64,000 nt of DNA from Glaucostegus cemiculus (taxonomy: Eukaryota): the NCBI GenBank assembly GCA_976551045.1, contig CDPCPM010000370.1, positions 2,232,001-2,296,000 of the forward strand, read 5' to 3'. Position 1 is the stretch's first letter, and every line of letters begins with the position of its first letter. The position numbers and the translations under genes are program-made. This document shows, piece after piece, positions 40,330 through 53,273 of this stretch. Below the pieces are notes generated by a model. It ran no database searches and was not told the origin of the DNA. It was given only the letters and a program-made list of their open reading frames with translations.

Positions 40330-40600
40330 CAACTCTTTATTTCCCTGTGGCCTTATAAATTGCAGACTCTCACAAGCCCACAAGCGCTTCATTGATTTCT
40401 TTACCACTGACCAACCCCAGGGGTAAATTTACAGCAGTCAATTAAACCAGGACCACGTTTTTAAGATGGGCAAGCGAACAGGAGCACAGGACGAAAGCCC
40501 ATCGCAGTTATGGTAAGAACTTCACGTAAACAGCGCCCGAGATCGAAACTAAAGACGAGGGTTTGTAACTGCGAAGCAGCAGCGCGACCCGATGAAGCTC
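40330..40600 (-). mobile_element. Old degenerate V-SINE-like copy
   Basis: ggagcacaggacgaaagcccatcgcagttatggtaagaac resembles the reverse V-SINE core. Confidence 0.45.
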
Positions 40601-43600
40601 AAAGCCGTCAGGCAACCTCCAAATCTCTTTCAATTTTCCATCGATTGCAATCACTAATTATCGGCAGGAGGATCTGAATTTACCGCGAGAATAATAAGAG
40701 AAACCAAATCGCGAGACTCAATCCGCAATGAATGAAGAAAGCACCAATTCGCACAAATCAGTCACTTGTACAGCACAAGGAAAAATCACCTGTAAAACTG
40801 GGATGAAAATCAAATGCCGGAAGACTTACAATAACACGACTTTAAGAACACGAGAAAGTAGACGCAGACGTTCGCCACTCTACCTCTCAAGCCTGTTCTG
40901 CCATTCAAAGTGATAATGGTTGATCTGCAACATGTCTGAAACGTGTTCCGCACCACTTCCTCTCTGACCTTTCGAACATCTATCAATTTCCCTTGAAGGG
41001 CTCCTACTTAACAAATCTTCACACCCTGCCAGGATGTAAAATTCCAAAGCTTGATCACCCTGTGATAGCAAAGGTTCCTACGACCCGACGTTTTAAATGA
41101 CTGACCCAAGTGCAGTCCACTTATTCAAGGCTCTCCCACTTTTAAAAGCAACTCCACAACTATCTTTTCATGTCACGTCATGATCTTAAAAGTTGCAACA
41201 AGGAGACCCCGCATTATTTGCAATACAATAGGTTCTTTGTAACGTCGTCTCATAACAAGACATGGATAAGAGCGCGTGCTGGAAAAGGAGTAATGTATCA
41301 ATGAAAGATGAATGAGATTGGGAAATAATAATCAGTGGATATGGTTGAGGATGGGAATCTACGGCTTGATTCCTGCAGCTGGAGCAGGATGCATTCTACC
41401 TTTGGGGATGTTGAACAAAATCACTATTTTCCGGCTCTTCGTTGACAACAGGCTCGAGAAATCATAGACACCATTCACCCACAATGGGAATGGAAGATAA
41501 GTTTAGGTATTAATTGTGACAATCTAACTCCGTTGAAAACAAGCCTGGAGAACAGAGTATGGCAATATTGAGAAAGTTTCACAATCTAATCACCATTTTT
41601 CTTCATTTGCAATTGGAATCATCTCTTTCAACTTGTCTTTGACTTTTCACATGGCGCAATTCGAATGGCGCAATATGCATGCCTTTCATTGCAGCATCTG
41701 CTCATGGCTCAGTCTCCGTCTATTTCCTATTTTACACTGTGCCAGTTTTACCAGTTAAACCGCCATTTAAGTTAAACAAACTTCAGAATACTGGGCACTG
41801 TCACTCTTCTGATTATTCCGGTGCTGATTCCACTGGGCAGAGTCCTGCAAATAAAACACAAATCCTTATTATACCTTGACAGGTTCATTCTTTTAACGAG
41901 GGTTCGTCGACCAGGAAGTATAATTTGTTACTTTTTCAATAGACGTTTTTAGTATTCCCCCCCCCCACCCATTTTCCTTTTCATTCCAAATCTGCAGTGT
42001 TATGCATTACAGGAAGATGTCACGTTTCACACTGCACTAATTGCTATGTTACTCGTCGCTATGGTTAATCAGATTTCACCTCTTTTTCTGTTTCAATCAA
42101 ACTACTCTGTTTTGGTTTAGCAGACACAATCACGCCTTATATAATAGTAACCCAATTAGAATGCTGACAATATACGGGACATGATCAACAAGCCCATCTG
42201 ACTTGTTAATCACGCTCATTAATTTTGCACTTGCAATCTAAATTTTTCATACTTAAACGCTCACTATAGTGTAATCTGAAGCATCAGTTTAAATTAAACT
42301 AATCTCTGTAACATTCGGCCCAGTCTTGTTTCATGTTACAATGCCACCTATTCTACCAGATCCCAGTAGCTGATGACGACACATGAGACCTAATACCTCG
42401 AGTGCAATCTTATCCACATCAGATACGTTGCAATTAATTTGTTGAGGTCTGAACTGAACCCACAACATTAGCGCCAGTCGCTGTTTATATGAAACACGGC
42501 AGTGTTCCACCAGGGAATTCTTTTAATTAAATTAATCCCGCTAAATTGACCTAAATCTTCGTTCAGATCACACTCTTCCATGTAAATTTCCGCCGATTAC
42601 AATCTATGAGATATCAGAACCTTGTACAAAACGACTGATCACAGCTTGTTCAATAGTCGTTCCATTACCCCGTACCAATTTAGTGGTACTATTGCCCTCT
42701 TCCGTTTTCACTCAGGGCAATCAAGTTAAGATTCTCTGGTACTATTTTGAACTCGCCATAGTCATTATTCATATTATACCATTCACGATAACTCCAGGTC
42801 AGGACTTATTTTACGTGCCACGTATTATACCTGAGGTAAGATCTCAGCTTATATTATGAGCGCTTCCATGTCACTTAGACTTAGAGTACTTATGTTATTA
42901 CAGATTTTGCATCTGAAGACCCCTATTGTAGAAGGAGACACCTTTATATAAATTAATCCAGTTCTGAAAAAAAATATTGCGGATTCTGTGCTTATGTTAC
43001 ATCAGCCTTTCAAATACTGTATCCTGTCATTGTTTCAATTACACGTCGCACAGCCTCGGTGTATAATACACCTGTCCTATGCTGTTTACACATCCATATA
43101 CATTCCACTATTTCAATTGCAATAGAGATTCAGTAATTATTGTTATATACCTAGTTACCTTAATATGATTTATAAGTTTGATACATACAACGCAAACCCC
43201 AATGTCTCTGTCCACTGTACTCAGGCCCATTGCTTCCCAAGTTGCACAGGATATCGTCTCTTATGTACAGTATTTTGGGTATAATTCTGTATGTGGTGTT
43301 CAAAGACAGAATTATTTTCTGAAGCTAGAGGTGTCAGCTGTACAAGTTTGATCAAAAAAGAAGGGAGGCTGCGTACTGAGAAGTACGTCGTCCTGCGATT
43401 GGTCAATACAGCGAAGATGATAAAATGAGGCCTCAAATTCACACACTTCCGGTACCAGTGCACACAGCCGTTCATCACCTGTGATCGCGGTCTCGCACTC
43501 CTGCAAGGTCAGGTTGCAGTTCCTGAATAGTCCGGAGGAGGGCGCTGCGTCATTGAGAGGACGGAAAATGAAGTTCAGGAATAGGAATTAAAATAGTAAA

Positions 43601-43951
43601 TGAACAATAACTTCCAGTACATTTTAATGGATATTAATTTGCGGAACCTAAGATTTCCACACAGCAGCATATACGGGATAAAATAAATCACTTCGATAGG
43701 TAGTGTTAAAAGAGAACTGGATCCTATAAACAACAAAGGAGGAGTTGTGCTTTATTTTCCTGGAATTCCTGGGCTGAATGGGCATTAAAGTAGGTTCAGA
43801 AGTGATCTGCGAATGCAATTGGAATATTATGTTGCAATTGGGCACAAATTACAGGTAATATATTGGCACAGGGACTAATGTAGGATCCAACTGAGACCCG
43901 CGTATGCTCACAAAATCGCACATTCGCTGCTGCCTCCAGGGGTGTTCAGGT

Positions 43952-43990
43952 AGTTTTTGTACAGGCTGGTCCCCGTTCTGTGCCTCTGTG
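43952..43990 (-). other. 23-RSS of V B1
   Basis: CACAGAG - 23 nt - ACAAAAACT. Confidence 0.93.
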
Positions 43991-44818
43991 GGGCTTAGAG
44001 CGCAGTAATACATGGCCGCGTCCCCCAGCTGTGTGTCAGCCACAGTCAGTGGGACTGTTCCCCTCGAATCATCGAGCTCCGCCGTGAAACGTTGTCCGCG
44101 AAACTTCTCTCTATCGCCGTCGAATTTCGTTCTGCGCAACAGAAGCTCCAGGGATCCGCTTGGATACTGTCGGTACCAGATGAGCGCAGTATTGCTTATG
44201 CTTGTAGCTGTATAATTACAGTTCAACAGCGCATCATCCCCTTCAGTCACTGTGGTCGCAGCCGGTGTTTGAGAAACAGCGTCGCCGCGACAATGTCCTG
44301 AAAAAGTTCGGAGCGCATTTCAATCACGCTATATTATCCGACTATACTCAAAGCTCAGAATCACCGCTTGTACTGACTTGAGGGAGAAATTGAAAAAAGA
44401 AATGTTGATACCCCTGGAGATCAGTAGGGGTGGCGGAAAGGCGCTATGGTCGACCGAATGGAAGTATTTTCAAAGAACTTCTGACCCCCTTCCATCACCA
44501 TCTAGTTACCGCCATTTGGTCTGAGGCGGAAAGGGGGACAACCCCACCCCGTCTGGGACAGTAACGACTCGGCCTTCTAGTGACCTGTATCCTTCAATCA
44601 AACGTCCTCCTGATACTCTCCGGAGATCTGAATTTACGGTTTTTTTTTTTCTTGCCCCCGAGATTCCTATTCTCCCATTGGCACTTTTGCATTCATCGAA
44701 TTGACTGACAACATATACAGTCTGACACGCGTGTGAACCGCAATATGGGAAACCTCCTGAACTTACCAGTTAGGATAGCTGCTGCTATGAGAAACGAGTA
44801 GATAGATAGGGCCGGCAT
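43991..44818 (-). CDS. TRAV/TRDV: TCR alpha/delta-type V segment B1, apparently functional (leader 44818-44767, V exon 44297-43991)
   Basis: Leader MPALSIYSFLIAAAILT, GTAAGT donor, TTTTTCAG acceptor. V: GHCRGDAVSQTP...LNC...WYRQYP...QRFTAE...DAAMYYCALS. Confidence 0.93.
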
Positions 44819-44879
44819 GTCCGTTATACGTTGGTAGTGAATTTGAACACAAATGATCTCACTCTGAACTAAGTCTGAA

Positions 44880-45125
44880 TCAGAAGGTCGGAAGAAGCTA
44901 TGACATCTGACCTCTTTATTGATTGGGTTGTTGCTGAAAGTGTCATATCCGTTCAACACCAAGCTCTTTTCTTCTCCAACTCCCCAAATCAGCTCGGTTT
45001 CTCAAACCGTCCAATCGCTCACTGCTTCTCTGTTGCTCAATTCAACCAATCAGCACAAAGCTCCGCTGTTATCTGTTTATTGCCGTCGCAAATGGGGTTC
45101 GACAGGAAGTAAATTACTTCCTCCG
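44880..45125 (-). promoter_or_regulatory. Putative family-B V promoter (CRE-like site, CCAAT boxes, inverted ETS pair); paralogs at about 50320-50545, 54150-54392 and 59430-59670
   Basis: TGACATCT/TGACGTCT, ATTGG plus several CCAATC, and AGGAAGTAAATTACTTCCT, all at conserved spacing from the ATG. Confidence 0.55.
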
Positions 45126-45848
45126 TGCAGAAGCTTCGGCTAAATATAAAAGACTAAGGCAAAGAAAACAGAATAAGAGATTTCATAGAACATCGGAAGA
45201 AAATTTGAAATTGATACTTTCCCTTGTTACGAACTTTGAAACTAAGAGGTGGGTTCCATCTCTATGTGAGAACCCGATCATTATGGACTACGTTAAGGGA
45301 TGTACCTTCACTAAGATACTTAGGGCACTCTACGTCGGCTTCAGATTCTTTGCCATTTATAATATTGAAGAATCAGATGGATCAAGAATCACTGTTTCAA
45401 AGCGTCAAAGAATCTCACGGCACTAAACGGACCCTTCAGCAACACACCTATGCCAAATTTATTGTCCATTGACCCCAATCACCCTTTTTCACAATCGATC
45501 TGTACCCTTCTATGCTTTCTGTAACTAAGCCGCTGTCTACATATCGCTTTAATACAGTAGTCTTACCCGATGACAGCACCCTCTCTGGCAGTCTGTTACC
45601 GACATCAGCCAAGCTTCGTGTAAAAAAAGAAACACCTGCCTTTCAGTTCGCGTTTATAACTTCTTCCTCTCAAAGTGAACGTATGCCCTATTGTTTTGAG
45701 TCAAGGATGGACAAACAGAGGACAAATGATTCTCCATCCCAGTTATGGCTCTGATAATCTTGCACTCTTCAATCCGGTAACTTTGTAGCTCCATTCGTTC
45801 AAGAGAAAGAAAGCACAGACCATTTAATCTCTCCTCACCCCTGGTCCA

Positions 45849-45880
<32 letters not shown>

Positions 45881-46783
45881 CCTATCTCTCTCCCTTTCTC
45901 TCCACATTTGTTCGACGACCTGCCGAGATTTCCTAGCACTATTTCTTTTTTTTTCAGATTTGCACATTGCTTTGTTGTCGACAGTTTAAACATGCCACTA
46001 AGATTATATACATTGAGTCATATAGCACGGCGTTCATTCCCATCTGACATCAGTTACATTAGTCAATGACCTGTCTGATGTTTGCATTTTCCAGGCTTCA
46101 TATATGTGTTTTCGCCACCACTTAACCTCGCCACAGATTTCTGTCGTGTAGTCCGAACAACGCATCCCCGTATCGAAAGTTCTCCACCGCGGAAATTAAA
46201 ACATGTCTCTCATCTGAAACGGTTGAATCTACACATAAGCATTCTGATGTGTGATGAAATGCGCTGTATTCGTCAATGGGTTACTCCAGTTGCTGTTCAA
46301 GGGATGCTGTCTGCACAATTTCCCCGAACACAAAGGTTGCATGTTCAACACGTCATACAGCATATGTGGAGACAAGTGGGTAGTTTGCGGTTGGGGTGGA
46401 GTCCCTGCACCAGGCCTGAGTTTGTAGTAGGGTGTTATCTGTATTAAAAAGTGAGAGGTAATGGTGCTGCATGGACAATCAGGAGATAGATGAAGTGATA
46501 TGAGCACAGATGGATCCAGCTGGAGTGGTGCTGAATGTTTGAACTATTTCTGTCATTTAGAGTAACAGATGTCGCAGTGAGAGACAGAACGGAGGCTGAG
46601 GGTAAAACCGCTTGTCACAAATTCACCTCTAGATCGCAACAAAATTTCAATCGTTTGAACACGAGGATGTGTCGCCAAACCCTTCACTGGCACATGGTGT
46701 TAACTCCACATAGGCAGAGAAGAATGGTGTTGTTCAGATTTAAGTGAAAACATGCGTGTAATTTACATATTTTCACGAAAATA

Positions 46784-47080
46784 CGGCACCGTAGCACAAT
46801 GGTTAGTACAATGTTTTTCAGTGTCAGCGATCCGGGTACAAACCGGCCACTGTCTGTAATGAGTTTGTACTTTCGCCCCGTGCCTGTGTGGGTTTCCTCC
46901 GGGTGCTCCGGTTTCCTCCCACTTGCTAAAGACGTACAGGTTAGGAAGTTATGGGTGTGCTGTGTTGGCGCCCGAAGCGTGGCGAAACTTGCGGGCTGCC
47001 CCCCAATATCACTACGCAAAAGATGCATTTCACAGTGTGTTTCGATGTACATGTGACTAATAAAGACCATATCTTATCTT
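46784..47080 (+). mobile_element. tRNA-derived V-SINE with LINE-like tail
   Basis: A-box-like gtagcacaatggttag, core tgtgtgggtttcctccgggtgctccggtttcctccc, tail catgtgactaataaa..atcttatctt. Absent from the paralogous position at about 56210. Confidence 0.85.
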
Positions 47081-49389
47081 AAATCGCCGAAGGCTGTTGT
47101 GGCCGATAAAGAAGTGACTGAATCTATCTCAGTTCTGCATTTCTGTTCTCCTTTTCTCTTGTGTTTATGCACATTCCCTTTTCTCCTGCACAGTTTCATT
47201 CTTAAATTAGTCATGCAGACAGTTGCACTTTCTGAGCCAATTGGGTGCAAAACAGTTGCTGATTGCATCAGCATAACGTCTGTTTTGCTTGTGTGTAATT
47301 TCAGTCGGGGAACTAAATGTGTTTTCCGTTCACAGGCTCCAGTACAGACTTTCCTTCCCTCTGGTTCGTTTTCATTTCTAACTGTAAATTGATCTCAACT
47401 TTGGCAAAATTCAGAACTCCAATTCAAATATGCCGACATACACTCCACTCGGAGGTAATACGTGCACAATTGGCAACAACCCCCAAGAGGTTGTCAATAA
47501 GAGGAGATATATTATTGCATTCAGACTCGAGCAAAGGCTACCGCAAGCTCCATAATTCAATGCATAGAGGAAGTTCCTTGTTGTATGACTTGGCCTTGCA
47601 GAACTCTGGATGAAACCGTTTGCAAAACATTCTCAAACAAAACAAGGTTTAACTTTTAAACGATTGATACACCCGCAACAAATTTCTCAAAATTTGAAGC
47701 ATTTATTTTGAGGGAAGAAGAGATATATTCTCCTTGATAGAGCTGATATCGTTCAAAAATGCCAAACAAATACAGTGCCTTCACAAATAAAATAGCAGCA
47801 CCGAACTTTTCACTCAGATGAACGGAATGCTTGGTAATTGTGGGAATTAATTTGTTGGGGCCTGAACTAAACACACAACATTACCTCCAATCACTGTTCA
47901 TATTACACCAGCCCATGTTCCACCAATGAGACATCAGACCCTAATACACGAGGCTTCCTCGCAACATATTCAATGTGGCTCAATTATCCCTACACCAAGT
48001 TAGTGATGATATTGCCCTCTTCCATTTTGCTCCAGGCCATCGTTGTTAATATTTCCGATTGTCTATTGCATTTGCCACAGTCGTGATTCACATTACAAGA
48101 TTCCCAGGAAACCCAGGAAAAGACTTCATTTTCAGACCACATAATATACCTTCACTTAAATCATTGCACATATTATCAGCGTTTTCACATCAGTGGAATG
48201 AAGTACTTATATCACCGTAGATTTTACATCTCAGGGTCCGTATTGTAGGAGGAGAAATCGTTATTTAAATTGATCCAGTCCTGAAAACATATTGCAGAAT
48301 CTATATTCATGTCACATCAGTTTATGTTACACAGCGCCCAATGATTGTTTCAAGTAAACGCCGTACATACTCCGTTTGTACAACAATCGCTCTCTTCTGT
48401 TTGTACATCCATATTCATTCCTCTTTTTCAAACACAAGAAGATAGTCATTATTGTTCGAAATCCAGTTACCTTCCAATCATTCCTAAGTTCCATTCTGAG
48501 AAAGCAAACCCGAGTGTTTCTCTGCACTGCTGTCAGGCACATTGCTTCCCGAGTTATCTAGGATCTCGTCTCTTAAGCACAATACTGTGTGTGCTGCTGA
48601 TGCACAAATTATTTCTGAAATTTGGGCTGTCAGCTGTGCAACTTTAGAAACATAGAAAACCCACGGCGCAATTCAGGCACATCGGCCAACAAAGTCGTGG
48701 CGAACATTTTTTTTCAGCTAACAATAACGGAAGGTGCGCCCTGCAAGGTACGCATCATTGGATTGGTCAATGCAGCAAATATGGACGAACTGTAGACACA
48801 AATTCACGTTCTTCCGGTTCCAGTGCACCAAAACACACGTCATCTGTGATCAGGATCTCGCACTCCCGCAAGATCAAGTTATAGATGTTTAGAAATCCAC
48901 AGGAGGCAATGCGTCATCGATGGGAAGGAAAACCTTGTTCAGACAAAAACAAATTCAGACAATAAATGACCATGACCAGCAAATGTCAGTGGATAATAAA
49001 TTGCATAAACAGATGAGATTTCAACACAGCAGCATATATGGGATATAATACATGACTCCCAGAGTAAGGGTCAATGTGCTGTATCCATCCTACGGTACGG
49101 ACCTAAGAAACAAAAAGCTAGAGTGTATCAGAAACGGGTAAAAAATAAACAAGGTAAGAGTTGTTATTTATTTATACGAGCGAGTAAATATTAACAGGGA
49201 TTTCCTGGCCGAATGGGCATTGAATTAGATTCAAGAGTAACCTGTTAAAGGCGATAAGACCAGTCAGTTAAAACTGGATAGTAATCACAGGGAACACACT
49301 GGCGTTGGGACGAATGTGGAGACCAGATGAGATCTGCCTCTGCTCACAAAGTTGTGTTTCCACGCTGCTACTTCTTGACGTATTCAGGT

Positions 49390-49428
49390 AGTTTTTGCAC
49401 AGACTCGGCACAGTTCTGTGCCTATGTG
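49390..49428 (-). other. 23-RSS of V B2 (non-consensus heptamer)
   Basis: CACATAG - 23 nt - GCAAAAACT. Confidence 0.85.
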
Positions 49429-50250
49429 GGGCTCAGAGCGCAGTAATACGTGGCCGCGTCTCCCAGCTGTGTTTCAGACACAGTCAATGGTACCGTTCCC
49501 CTCGCATCATCAAGCTCCGCCGTGAAACTTTGTCCGGGGAACTTCTCTCCGTTGCCGTCGAATTTCATCCTGCGCAAAAGGAACTCCAGGGATCCGCCTG
49601 GATACTGACGGTACCAGATGAGTGTAGGAGGGTTTGTGCTTGCAGATGTATAATTACAGTTCAAAAGCGCATCAACCCCTTCAGTCACTGTGATCGCAGC
49701 CGGTATCTGAGAAACAGCGTCGCCGCGACAATGCCCTGAAAGAGTTCGGAGAGAATTTCAATCAAACAATATCACCTTACTCTCATCAACGCTCTGAATC
49801 ACCCCTTGCATTGACTTGAGGGAGAAAATCAAACAGAAGTGTTGATCCTCTGCATATTAGTAAGGGTGGAGGTACAGGCGCAATGGTCGGCTGAATGAAA
49901 TTATTTTCAAAACATTTCTGACCCTTTTCATCACCGTCTACATATCTCCATTAAGTCTCAGACGGAGAAGGACACATCGCTTGGCCGTCGAGGGCAATAG
50001 CGAGTCGGCCTTGTATTGACCTGGATCCTTCAATCAAACGTTCTCATGCTGCTTTCCGGAGATCTGGATTCGCGGTTTCTAATCTTGCCCCTACGTTCCT
50101 ACCCTCCGATTGATAGTATTGCATTCATTGAATTGACTGAGAAGATATCCTGGCCGACACGCTTGTGAACCACAATATTAGACACGTCGTGAACTTACCG
50201 AGAAAGAGCGCTACTGCTGCGAGAAACGAATAAATGGATCTGGTCGGCAT
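49429..50250 (-). CDS. TRAV/TRDV: TCR alpha/delta-type V segment B2, open frame (leader 50250-50199, V exon 49735-49429)
   Basis: Leader MPTRSIYSFLAAVALFL, canonical splice sites, V ending DAATYYCALS. Confidence 0.92.
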
Positions 50251-53234
50251 GCTTGTTGTGCGTTTGTAGCGAAGTTGAACGCAAATAATCTCACTGTGAA
50301 GTTAGTCGGAATCAGATGGTCGGAAGAAGCTATGACATCTGAACTCATTATTGATTGGGTTGTTGCTGACAGCGTCATATCCGCTCGACACAATGTTCTC
50401 TTCTCCCCCAATCAGCTCTGTTTCTCAATCACTCCAATCGCTCACTACTTCTCAGTTCCTCAATCCAACCAATCAACTCAAAGATCCTTTGTTTTCTGTT
50501 TATTACTGTCACAGATGGGGCGAGACCGGAAGTAAATTACTTCCTCCATTCAGATGCTGCAGGCAAATGTAAGAGACGAAGACAAAGAAAGCAGAATAAG
50601 AAGATATGTCACAGAATCTCGGAGGGAAAGAAAAAGGGAACATTTTCCTCTTCTCCTAGGTCTGAAAATAAGATGTGGGGGCCATCTCTAAGTGAGAAAA
50701 CGACCATTTTGTACTACGTTAAGGAGATATACTTTCACTCAGATACTTAAGGAGATACACTTTCACACAGATACTTAGGACACTCTCCGTCGGCTTCAGA
50801 TCTTAGCCATGTTGAATATTCAAGAATGAGAATGGTAAAGAACCATTGTGTTAGAGATGCAAAGAATCTCACTGCACACAACGGAACCTTCAGCATTACG
50901 TCCTTGCCTAATTTATTGTCCATCAACCCCAATCACCCCTTTCCATATTCGGTCTGCATCCTTCTTTTCTTTGCCGAATTAAGCTCCTGTTTGCATGCGG
51001 CTTTAATGCAGGAATTGTACCTGACAACCTGTTACCGATATCAACCTAATTCCGTGTGCAAAAACACTTCCCTTCAGTCCGCGTCTCTAAAATCTTCCCC
51101 TCAGCGTAAACCTCTGCCTTATTGATTTGAGGCAAGGATGGAAAAACAGAGGAAAAATGGTTTTCCGCCCCACTTTTCGCTGTGCTAATCTTGCACTCTT
51201 CAATCCGGTCAGTTTGCTGACCCATTCGTTCCAGGCAGAACAGCACAGACCATTTATTGGTATTGGTATTGGTTTATTATTGTCACGTGTTCAGACTCGA
51301 GAAAAATCTACCTCATGCTCCATAATTCAATGTGGGGAAAATGTTCCTTGTTTTATGCTATGGCCGTGCCGAACTCTGGAAGAAAATGTTTGCACAAACA
51401 TTCGCCAACACAGCTAGTTTTAACATTTAATGACGCAAAACAGTTTTCTCAAAAATTAAAGCTCTTTTTTTGATGGAAAATGAGAACTATGGCTGATATT
51501 GTTCAAAAATGCCAAATAAACAGTGCCTTCACAAATAAAATACCAGTACGCAGTTAGAGGGAATCATTTGCGATGGTGGGAATTAATTCGTTGGGACCTG
51601 AACTAAACTCAGAGCATATCTCCAGTCACTGTTCATATTACATCAGTCCATGTCCGCCAGATAAAATATTTTAATTGGTTTATTACCATAAAATCGCTGC
51701 AGCCTTTGTTCAGATTACACTCTTGCATATTACATTTACCGCATTTTAAAGATATTTTATTTACACTCTTTGAGATATCAGACCCTAATACACTAGGCTT
51801 CATTACAACAGATTCAACTCAATTATCCCTCCACGAAGATAGTGATGATATTGTCCTGTTCCATTTTACTCCAGGCCATCGCTGTTAGTATTGTTCGTTT
51901 CTCTATTGCATTTGCCGCAGTCGTGATTCATATCACAAGATTCCCTACAAAACCAGGGCAAGACTTCATTTACAGACCACACAATACACCTTGAGTAAAC
52001 TCTTTGCATATATTATGCGCGTTTTCATTTCAGTGGACTTGGAGTACTTATTTCGCCGGATATTTTACAACTCAGGACTCCGCCAAAAGTAGGGGAAATC
52101 TTTATTTAAATTAATCCAGTTTTTGAAAACATATTGAAAAATCTGTGTTCATGTTACATCAGCCTATGTTACACAGTGTCCACTCATTGTTTCAAGTAAA
52201 CGTCGCATGGACTCCGTTTGTAATACAGCCGCTCTCCTCTGTTTGCACATCCATGTTCATTCCTCTATTTCAAATGCAAGAGGACAGTAATTTTTGTTCG
52301 AAATCTAGTTACCTTCCTATCTTTTATAAGTTCCAAACTGGGAAAGAAAAGCTGAGTGTTTCTCTGCACTGCTGTCAGGGCAATTGCTTCACTGGTTATC
52401 TGGGATATAGTTTCTTAAGCACAATACTGTGTGTGCTGCTGATGCACAAATTATTTCTGAAATTTGAGCTGTCAACTGTGCCACTTTAGAAACAGAGAAA
52501 CATGGAAAATGCACAGCACAAATCAGGCCCATCAGCTCACAAAGTTGTGTCGAACACTTTTTTCAACAAACAATAAGGGAAGTTGCGTCCGAAAAGGTAC
52601 GTCGTCATCGGATTGGTCAATGCAGTGAATATGGACGGACTGTGTACTCAAATTCACACTCTTCCGGATGCAGTGCACCGAAACTCTCGTCATCTGTGAT
52701 CAGGGTCTCGCACTCCCACAAAATCAGGTATTAGGTGTTTAGAAATCCACAGGAGGGCACTGCGTCATTGGTGGGAAGGAAAATCTTTTTCAGACAAAGA
52801 CAAAGTCAGACAATAAATGACTATGATAAGCAAATGTCAACGGATAATAAATTGCAGAAACAGGTGAGATTTCCACACAGCAGCATATATGGGATAAAAT
52901 ATATGACTCCCTGAGTAAGGGTGAATGTCCTGTGTCCATCCTACGGTACGGAGCTCAGAAACAAAAAGACAGAATGTATCAGAAACGGGTAAAACAACAA
53001 GTTAAGGGTTGTTATTTATTTATACGAGCGAGAAAATATTAACTGGAATTCCCTGGCCGATGGCATTGAATTAGATTCAGGAGTAACCTGCTGAAGGGAA
53101 TTGTGTCAGTCTGTTAAAACTGGATAATAATCACGGGGAACATACTGGCGTTGGGACGAATGCAGAGACCTGATAAGATCGGCCTCTGCTCACAAAGTTG
53201 TGTTACTCGCTGCTGCCTCTTGACGTAGTCAGGT

Positions 53235-53273
53235 AGTTTATGCACAGGCTCGGACCAGTTCTGTGCCTCTGTG
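53235..53273 (-). other. 23-RSS of V B3
   Basis: CACAGAG - 23 nt - GCATAAACT. Confidence 0.88.

Noticed and set aside
37481-43951. D or J segments between the convergent arrays
   Set aside because: CACTGTG at about 39620 and 41734 and AGTTTTTGC at about 39806 lack partner motifs at 12 or 23 spacing. No FGxG-plus-donor segment seen.
44248-44254. Internal CACAGTG heptamer in FR1 of B1, B2 and B4 as a V-replacement signal
   Set aside because: No nonamer at 12 or 23 nt, absent in B3, and explained by Thr-Val codons.
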